Source: a virus
Lineage: Duplodnaviria > Caudoviricetes
Length of the DNA stretch: 30,952 nt
Virus record (IMG/VR): IMGVR_UViG_3300030207_001297
Coordinates: 1-30,952 of that record
Strand: one strand, 5' to 3'
Shown: piece by piece, positions 19,295 to 25,345 of the stretch
How positions within the stretch are numbered: the stretch's first letter is position 1
Layout: each line of letters starts with the position of its first letter
Notes under the pieces: model-generated
Told to the model about the DNA's origin: nothing
Databases searched by the model: none
Seen by the model: only the letters and a program-made list of their open reading frames with translations
Program-made: the position numbers and the translations under genes

Positions 19295-19456
19295 CTAACG
19301 TTTCAATTTATCTTTGATGTCCCAAGCCAACTGCATTTCACCAGAATAATTCTTATCTGTCTTAGTGCCATGACATTCTTCACACTCATCAATGTATAAA
19401 TCTAACCCTAGTTCAAGAATTTTTATTTCTACCTCTGTTAATTTAATTGTTTTCAT
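19295..19456 (-). CDS. 53 aa hypothetical protein (not in the ORF track)
   Basis: MKTIKLTEVEIKILELGLDLYIDECEECHGTKTDKNYSGEMQLAWDIKDKLKR*; AGGAGG RBS; fills the gap exactly. Confidence 0.65.
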   Translation of the reverse strand: MKTIKLTEVEIKILELGLDLYIDECEECHGTKTDKNYSGEMQLAWDIKDKLKR

Positions 19457-19475
19457 TTGCTATTCCTCCTATTTG

Positions 19476-19802
19476 TTATCTGTATAAATAAGTTTTACCC
19501 TCAAACTCAATCTGAGCATAATTAACTGCACAATCTCTTGCCCATTTATCCCAATCAACACAATAAGCTAGAGGGTTTTCTTCTCTCCTTAGATTTTCTA
19601 AGTATCCACAATCATATGCAAGTTCTTCGCAATACTCTGTGAAATCATCTTCATGTATAAAAATTATTCCACACTCCCAATCATCAGGATTACCACCATC
19701 ATTTACGACTTCATATTTAAGCTCCTTTATAGCTTTTATTCTGTCGCTATCTGTACTTTTATTATTCAATTCATCTTCTAAATCTCTGCTATCTAATATC
19801 AT
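19476..19802 (-). CDS. ArdA-like acidic antirestriction (DNA-mimic) protein
   Basis: Very acidic; FTEYCEELAYDCGY...YCVDWDKWARD resembles the ArdA C-terminal Y.D.E..ARD motif. Confidence 0.55.
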   Translation of the reverse strand: MILDSRDLEDELNNKSTDSDRIKAIKELKYEVVNDGGNPDDWECGIIFIHEDDFTEYCEELAYDCGYLENLRREENPLAYCVDWDKWARDCAVNYAQIEFEGKTYLYR

Positions 19803-19807
19803 AATTT

Positions 19808-19855
19808 TATTCCTCCTATTTGTTAGCTGTACCCTGGGAGACTAGCTCCCAGGAC
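19808..19855 (-). repeat. partial copy of the intergenic element (GC hairpin + RBS only)
   Basis: CCTGGGAG-ACTAG-CTCCCAGG, identical to the copy 5 hairpin core. Confidence 0.8.
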
Positions 19856-19865
19856 ATCACTGTAT

Positions 19866-20066
19866 TTATACCTCTTCATAACTGTCAGGATACTCAGGCT
19901 TGTGATTTATCCATGACCCTGCTACTGATACATTTACAATCGACTCTCCATGGTGATTATCATGTGCCTGTTTAATAGCATAACCCTCGGCTTGTTCCTG
20001 GGTTTCAGCTTTTACATAATATTCACTAGTAAATGTAGTATCTATTGTTACTTCAAAATATTTCAT
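19866..20066 (-). CDS. DpnD/PcfM-like small protein
   Basis: MKYFEVTI....EYYVKAETQEQAE pattern. Confidence 0.5.
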   Translation of the reverse strand: MKYFEVTIDTTFTSEYYVKAETQEQAEGYAIKQAHDNHHGESIVNVSVAGSWINHKPEYPDSYEEV

Positions 20067-20070
20067 AATT

Positions 20071-20175
20071 GTCTCCTATGTTGTTGAATTTCATAGCATT
20101 GTTGCTATGTATATGTACACCTGTGATGTACATATATATAACAACTACCTGACTACACTAGGTAGCCAGGTGTTG
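20071..20175 (-). repeat. intergenic triple-hairpin element, copy 1 (divergent)
   Basis: gtctcctatgttgttgaattt, catagca/tgctatg, tatatgtaca/tgtacatata, cctgactac/gtagccagg. Confidence 0.85.
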
Positions 20176-20185
20176 ATGTCATATA

Positions 20186-20467
20186 TTAACTTTCTTCTTT
20201 TGGTTCTATGCCGTACTTGTCATGCAAGATACCATCCACAATCTCCTCAAAATCAGACTCTTTAACGAAATCTTCTACATCTTCATAAGTTGTTATGTCG
20301 AAGTCAGACGGACAGAAATTGTCATGAGTAAGTACATCACCTCTGTTGATTTCTTCTTCAACGGCTGATTGTATATCCATATCAGCTTCAAGGTTTTTTA
20401 TCATTGTTCTCAACTCTTGCACTTGATTATATAATCCAAAAGTAAGTATGTTTAATATTGTTTTCAT
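20186..20467 (-). CDS. acidic hypothetical protein
   Basis: Start at ATG 20467 (MKTILN) after AGGAG; D/E-rich. Confidence 0.6.
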   Translation of the reverse strand: MKTILNILTFGLYNQVQELRTMIKNLEADMDIQSAVEEEINRGDVLTHDNFCPSDFDITTYEDVEDFVKESDFEEIVDGILHDKYGIEPKEES

Positions 20468-20470
20468 ATT

Positions 20471-20570
20471 GTCTCCTATGTTATTGATTTTCATGATGTT
20501 TTATCATGTATATATACACTCACGATGTATATATATATGATACCCAGGGAGACAAACTCCCTGGGATATC
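20471..20570 (-). repeat. intergenic triple-hairpin element, copy 2
   Basis: catgat/atcatg, tatatataca/tgtatatata, cccagggag/ctccctggg. Confidence 0.92.
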
Positions 20571-20576
20571 TTTTTG

Positions 20577-20765
20577 CTAAAGATTAACTTTCAAATTATC
20601 TATATCATCTCCAAACAATGTGACTTCTAATACTTCCGTTAAGTCTCCGTCATCATCCTTACCATAAATGGTAATTGTCCTAGAGTTGTAAGTATCCTCT
20701 TCATGAGGTTTACTAATACTAATTTTTTGGACATGGTGAGTTGATATTCTTGTAGAATTATACAT
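20577..20765 (-). CDS. small hypothetical protein
   Basis: 62 aa exactly between copies 2 and 3; AGGAG RBS. Confidence 0.6.
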   Translation of the reverse strand: MYNSTRISTHHVQKISISKPHEEDTYNSRTITIYGKDDDGDLTEVLEVTLFGDDIDNLKVNL

Positions 20766-20770
20766 AATTT

Positions 20771-20872
20771 TCTCCTATGTTATTGATTTTCATGATGTTT
20801 ATATCATGTATATATATACCTGATTGATACATATATATATGATATCCAGGGAGACAAGCTCCCTGGAATATC
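20771..20872 (-). repeat. intergenic triple-hairpin element, copy 3
   Basis: catgat/atcatg, tatatatata/tacatatata, ccagggag/ctccctgg. Confidence 0.92.
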
Positions 20873-20877
20873 TTTTG

Positions 20878-21777
20878 TTATTGCATTTCATCCAAGTAAT
20901 CCACTACTTGCTGTGCTTTTGTTGAAGCTGATATCAATGCTCCTGAGTTATCCTTCAATCTAGATATCCAACAGTTCAGATATTTTGCATGGTCAGGTCT
21001 TGGCTCATGGTCAAGTCCTAGCTCAATAGATAGCATTGCTGATGATATCTCAGCAACCAACTCCTCGTAAGCATACTCATTATCTTCAAATGATTTTGGA
21101 GCTTTCCCAAATCTATTCAATCTCTTTTCATGCCCAGTCCAGTGCGATAATTCATGTAGCTTAGTGCCATAATAATTACCAGTAGAACTTGCATCCAGGG
21201 TATCTATGAAGGAAGCCTTATAAGGCATCCCTATGAAGTCCTGATGTGGAGAATAAAAAGCATGGTCAAAGCCGTGCTTGATTGTAGCTCCTGTATTCTC
21301 AATGTATTTATCAATATCAGCATGAGATTTTACTTCAGATTTTTTTACAACTGGGTCTTTATATCTATAATCACAGGTTATCCAGTCCAGGTATTTTTTA
21401 GAAATGACCTGGTCTCCGTTCCATACATTATAATATCTAGTTATCCAGTATACACCTTCTAGTAAAATGTCTCCTGTATCCTCATCAACCTTCTTTTTCT
21501 CGGACTGTTTAAAGAATATGATTGGCTCAGATTTACCTGAAACCATGTATCCCTTATCATTCCACTGTTTAAAAGAAGCCCAGGTATTAGATGCAAAACC
21601 ACGGGATGCTTTAGCAAAGCCTAACAGCATTACATTTATACCACGGTATGCCTTCTTATTTAGAAGGTTAATAGGTGCACAAGTAGCTGTCCAACATTTG
21701 ACCCAGTTAGTGCCAACCTTGGACATACTATCAATTAGACCTGATACGATGTCATTGAGTTTATCTTTTAGTTTCAT
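20878..21777 (-). CDS. ardC: ArdC-like antirestriction protein (ssDNA-binding domain + zincin-like metallopeptidase)
   Basis: YRGIN..LL, WASFKQW, AFYSP..D.I.MP, HELSHWTGH..RLNR, YAYEELVAE, Y...W...L motifs. Confidence 0.88.
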   Translation of the reverse strand: MKLKDKLNDIVSGLIDSMSKVGTNWVKCWTATCAPINLLNKKAYRGINVMLLGFAKASRGFASNTWASFKQWNDKGYMVSGKSEPIIFFKQSEKKKVDEDTGDILLEGVYWITRYYNVWNGDQVISKKYLDWITCDYRYKDPVVKKSEVKSHADIDKYIENTGATIKHGFDHAFYSPHQDFIGMPYKASFIDTLDASSTGNYYGTKLHELSHWTGHEKRLNRFGKAPKSFEDNEYAYEELVAEISSAMLSIELGLDHEPRPDHAKYLNCWISRLKDNSGALISASTKAQQVVDYLDEMQ

Positions 21778-21781
21778 AATA

Positions 21782-21878
21782 GTCTCCTATGTTATTGATT
21801 TTCATGATGTTTATATCATGTATATATACACTTTCAATGTATATATATATGACATCCTGGGAGCTAATCTCCCAGGAT
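21782..21878 (-). repeat. intergenic triple-hairpin element, copy 4
   Basis: catgat/atcatg, tatatataca/tgtatatata, atcctgggag/ctcccaggat. Confidence 0.92.
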
Positions 21879-21897
21879 AATATACTGTTTGTCTAAT

Positions 21898-22068
21898 TTA
21901 TTCGTTTAACATTCTCTCGAACATAGCTAGATGAAAGCGATATTCACCAATAATGATATGAATATTATCATCTTTATCTGCTAAAACTTCAGGTCTTACA
22001 TTTTTTGCATACCAATCAAGTCTAGATTTACAGTATTTAATTTTCTTTTTTATTTCTTGTTTCGACAT
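21898..22068 (-). CDS. small hypothetical protein
   Basis: Start at ATG 22068 (MSKQEI) after AATAACATAGGAGA, a leader-only copy of the repeat. Confidence 0.6.
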   Translation of the reverse strand: MSKQEIKKKIKYCKSRLDWYAKNVRPEVLADKDDNIHIIIGEYRFHLAMFERMLNE

Positions 22069-22087
22069 TTTATTTTCTCCTATGTTA

Positions 22088-22435
22088 TTATGCAATTTCA
22101 TTTCCATGTGAGTCAGTCAATGGTTGCTCCAGTTCATGTGACAACCTTACAGCCGTTAAATCTACGGCTAACCATGTCATGTTATTCTCAAAAGTTGTAG
22201 CACTTTTGCATCTATTCAAAGTCTCCCACTCGAAAATATTTTCACCTGTCTGTTCAGCATAATCTGTGATTATCTCCCATATCAAGTCTTTATTTTCTTC
22301 ATAAAATTTACATGTATCATTGTAATAAATAAGCTCACTAACAGCTCCATTGATACAGCCGTGCATGGCTACATCATTGATAAAACCTTCTGATTCTTTT
22401 TCATTATCAAATAATAGTTCTTCAATTTTATTCAT
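22088..22435 (-). CDS. acidic protein, candidate Ocr-like DNA mimic
   Basis: Start at ATG 22435; HGC..G.VSELIYY.DT..FY...W motif; strongly acidic. Function inferred. Confidence 0.5.
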   Translation of the reverse strand: MNKIEELLFDNEKESEGFINDVAMHGCINGAVSELIYYNDTCKFYEENKDLIWEIITDYAEQTGENIFEWETLNRCKSATTFENNMTWLAVDLTAVRLSHELEQPLTDSHGNEIA

Positions 22436-22439
22436 ATAT

Positions 22440-22536
22440 CCTCCTATGTTGTTGATTTTCATGATGTTTTATCATGTATATACATACTCACTGAATATGT
22501 ATATATATGACATCCTGGGAGACTAGCTCCCAGGAT
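22440..22536 (-). repeat. intergenic triple-hairpin element, copy 5
   Basis: catgat/atcatg, tatatacata/tatgtatata, atcctgggag/ctcccaggat. Confidence 0.92.
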
Positions 22537-22545
22537 AACATAACA

Positions 22546-22806
22546 TTAATTAAACAAGTGATTCTCAGCATTAAAATCAAAAATCGCTTTGAACTCAATC
22601 ATATCAAATTCAAAAGTTAAGCCGTTAGACATAACGTCAAAACAATCTAACCAAGAATTATTATCAATGTCATTAGCACAATGATTAAGATATTCATTGA
22701 TGTCTTGCTCTAAGGCTCTAATAACTTTTGATTGTCTATGATTTAAGTCCATGATTATATTTCTGTAATCATTAAGAACTTGTTCAGTTATGTTATTGTA
22801 TTTCAT
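22546..22806 (-). CDS. acidic hypothetical protein, first gene of the early operon
   Basis: 86 aa between copies 5 and 6. Confidence 0.6.
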   Translation of the reverse strand: MKYNNITEQVLNDYRNIIMDLNHRQSKVIRALEQDINEYLNHCANDIDNNSWLDCFDVMSNGLTFEFDMIEFKAIFDFNAENHLFN

Positions 22807-22810
22807 AATA

Positions 22811-22940
22811 GTCTCCTATGTTGTTGATTTTCATGGTAAAAACCATGTATATATACACTCAATCGAATGTATATATATATGGTTTCAGGGAGAAACCCAT
22901 ACAACCATACTAAGATGATAAATGGCACAATCTCCCTGAA
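22811..22940 (-). repeat. intergenic triple-hairpin element, copy 6 (expanded loop)
   Basis: catggt/accatg, tatatataca/tgtatatata, ttcagggaga-37 nt-tctccctgaa. Confidence 0.88.
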
Positions 22941-23221
22941 TATAGGATATGAAAATAAAATAAACTTTTTTCGATAGTGGCTTAGTCAGTCCCAGCATAC
23001 GATATATCCAATAATATCCCTTCTACGACCCAGCTACTGTTGTATTTCATTCCAGTTCAGGAGAGGTAAGTTAGTGACTTTTACTCCCATAATGAATACA
23101 GGTCTTGATTAGTATTCTAACGGCTTCGTATTTTATCTAATCATCTCCGATTATAGCCTGACCCTGAGTCTCAAACTAGATACGATACTTGTAAAACATA
23201 TTTTTTCTAGCCTGTAATTGA

Positions 23222-23251
23222 ATTATATACATACTTTAATTCTTATGTCAA
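23222..23251 (-). promoter_or_regulatory. consensus sigma70 early promoter
   Basis: Minus strand TTGACA-18 nt-TATAAT. Confidence 0.8.
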
Positions 23252-23285
23252 ACACTATATCAAACAAACATCAAATTAATTTATT

Positions 23286-23746
23286 TGTACAAAAAATGAA
23301 CGATTTTTCTATGATAAAATCAATAACTTACAAGTACATTTAGAAAACAATATCTTCATAAAAATCAATGACTTACGGAGATAATATGTCAAATATTAGC
23401 AAAATACCATATGCTCCAAATTTGCCCCATTTTGACCATTTTATCCTGTCTGACATACAAAGTACCCTGAAACCTAATACCCTGTGAGAGTCCCATATAT
23501 ACCCTAAAACGCTTAGAACCATTCTAAAAATATTGTACAAAAAATGAACAATTTATACGGCTTATTCTTTTAGATTTCGCCGACCTCCGACAGTGTCATA
23601 TATAGATATATAAAGGGATACAATAAGGCTATTATTTTAGATATATATTATCCTGGATGATTAGATATGGATGTCCCTATGTCCACACCCACACTGTACA
23701 AAAAATGTACACTAATAATTGTATACAAAATGAACGATTTTATACG
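23286..23746 (+). repeat. four TGTACAAAAAATGAAC-like direct repeats
   Basis: Copies start at 23286, 23534, 23695 and 23720. Confidence 0.8.
23318..23375 (+). promoter_or_regulatory. two IHF-consensus sites
   Basis: AATCAATAACTTA (23318-23330) and AATCAATGACTTA (23363-23375) match WATCAANNNNTTR. Confidence 0.55.
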
Positions 23747-23869
23747 AAGTTGGAGACCCCCTTGGCACAGGTGGCGACATATATATCTCCAATCCACTCA
23801 TTGGTGGCTAGTTTCATCCTGTTTAACATTTGTAGACCCTAATAGCACCTATCTATTTTTCATAAACTA

Positions 23870-23898
23870 TTGAAATAGCTAAAAAAAATCTATATACT
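23870..23898 (+). promoter_or_regulatory. possible sigma70 promoter for terL/late operon
   Basis: TTGAAA-17 nt-TATACT; very close to the terL RBS, so uncertain. Confidence 0.45.
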
Positions 23899-23913
23899 TT
23901 GAGGTGGATTACT

Positions 23914-25338
23914 ATGTCTATTGAATTACAACGCATACAAGAGATAACCAATACTCTTGAAAAACGGCAACAAGAAAACAAACTAAACTATTACGAACCC
24001 TATAAGTTTCAAAAGAGATTTCATGAATCATCTTCAGAAGCCAACCAAAGATTACTTATGGCAGCTAATAGGGTGGGTAAGTCCTATGTGGGTGCTATGG
24101 AAATGGCTATACATTTGACAGGAGAATACCCTGAATGGTGGGAAGGTAGGAAGTTTGATAAGCCAATTAAGGCATGGGTATGTGGTGCGAGTAATGAAAC
24201 TACAAGGGACATATGCCAAAAAGAATTATTTGGGCAACCTGATAATCCAAGAGATAAGGGAAAAGGGAGTATCCCTAAACACCTAATTGGTGAGACCACA
24301 AGGAAACCTGGTGTACCAAATGCTCATTCTTCTGTTCTAGTCAAGCATATATCAGGTGGGTGGTCTAGGGTTGCCTTTAAAGCATACGAAATGGGTGCTG
24401 AAAAATTTATGGGGGAGAGTATAGATTTGATATGGTTGGATGAAGAACCACCACAGGATATCTACTCTCAATGTATTACAAGGACATTAGATAGAAAGGG
24501 TATGGTTTATTTAACCTTTACACCTGAGTCAGGGATGACCGAAGTGGTACAAAATTTTACGAATGATTTACGACCTGGACAAGCATTGATAACTGCTGGT
24601 TGGGAAGATGCAGACCATTTAACTAAGGATATGAAAGAACAAATCCTAGCTGCTCTACCACCACATGAAAGAGATATGCGTTCCAAGGGGATACCAATGA
24701 TTGGTAGTGGTTTAGTTTTTCCTGTCTCAGAGGACAGCTTGACCTGTGAACCCTTCGTGATTCCACCCCACTTCTCACGCATCGCAGGTCTCGATTTTGG
24801 CTACGACCATCCTACAGCAGTAGTATGGGTAGCATGGGATAGAGATGATGATATCGTCTATATCTATGATTGTTACAAGATGGCTAAACAAACTCCTGAT
24901 TATCATGCGTCTCATATAAACGAGAGAGAAGGTAGTCATTATATCCCTATATCATTCCCACATGATGGCTACCAGCATGACAAAGGAAGTGGTATTACAT
25001 TGGCAGAACAATATCGTCATGCCCATGTCAATATGCTTCCATTTCATTTTGAAAACCCACCAGCACTAGGTGAAAAGAAAGGAAACCTAAGTGTAGAAAC
25101 AGGAATCATGGATATGCTAACACGCATGGAACAAGGGAGATTTAAAGTATTTAATACTATGTATGATTGGTTTGAGGAGTTCAGATTATACCATCGTAAA
25201 GATGGGAAGATAGTAAAAATAAAAGATGACCTTATGTCTGCAACAAGATATGCAGTTATGAGTTTAAGACATTCAACAACAGAAACATCTAGGTGGAATA
25301 GTAAAGGTAGACTAGGACCTGATGTCGCAATAGTTTAG
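23914..25338 (+). CDS. terL: terminase large subunit (P22 gp2-like)
   Basis: ATG 23914 after GAGGTG; Walker A MAANRVGKS, Walker B LIWLDEE, LTFTP, nuclease GLDFG..HPTA and DDLMSATRYA. Confidence 0.95.
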   Translation: MSIELQRIQEITNTLEKRQQENKLNYYEPYKFQKRFHESSSEANQRLLMAANRVGKSYVGAMEMAIHLTGEYPEWWEGRKFDKPIKAWVCGASNETTRDICQKELFGQPDNPRDKGKGSIPKHLIGETTRKPGVPNAHSSVLVKHISGGWSRVAFKAYEMGAEKFMGESIDLIWLDEEPPQDIYSQCITRTLDRKGMVYLTFTPESGMTEVVQNFTNDLRPGQALITAGWEDADHLTKDMKEQILAALPPHERDMRSKGIPMIGSGLVFPVSEDSLTCEPFVIPPHFSRIAGLDFGYDHPTAVVWVAWDRDDDIVYIYDCYKMAKQTPDYHASHINEREGSHYIPISFPHDGYQHDKGSGITLAEQYRHAHVNMLPFHFENPPALGEKKGNLSVETGIMDMLTRMEQGRFKVFNTMYDWFEEFRLYHRKDGKIVKIKDDLMSATRYAVMSLRHSTTETSRWNSKGRLGPDVAIV

Positions 25339-25345
25339 GAAAATA

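Noticed and set aside
20525-20560. Promoter inside the repeat (TTGTCT...TATATA)
   Set aside because: The -35-like hexamer overlaps the variable loop and is absent from copies 1, 4, 5 and 6.
20541-20877. H3 hairpins as intrinsic terminators of the early genes
   Set aside because: No U-tract on the coding (-) strand; T-runs occur only on the + side of copies 2 and 3 and are not conserved.
20465-22462. Shared N-terminal peptide MKINNIG in the ORF track
   Set aside because: It is the translated repeat leader upstream of the SD. It is in frame in copies 2 and 5 but out of frame in copies 3 and 4, so it is not a conserved peptide.
19808-22940. CRISPR array interpretation of the repeats
   Set aside because: Repeats are ~100 bp, the intervening sequences are whole genes of 190-900 bp, and no cas genes are present.
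23484-23493. GTGAGAGTCC shared with 17821-17830
   Set aside because: A 10-mer match is expected by chance in 31 kb and does not extend.
23657-23873. Two short + strand ORFs before terL
   Set aside because: No RBS or recognisable motif; they overlap the direct repeats and are more likely non-coding.
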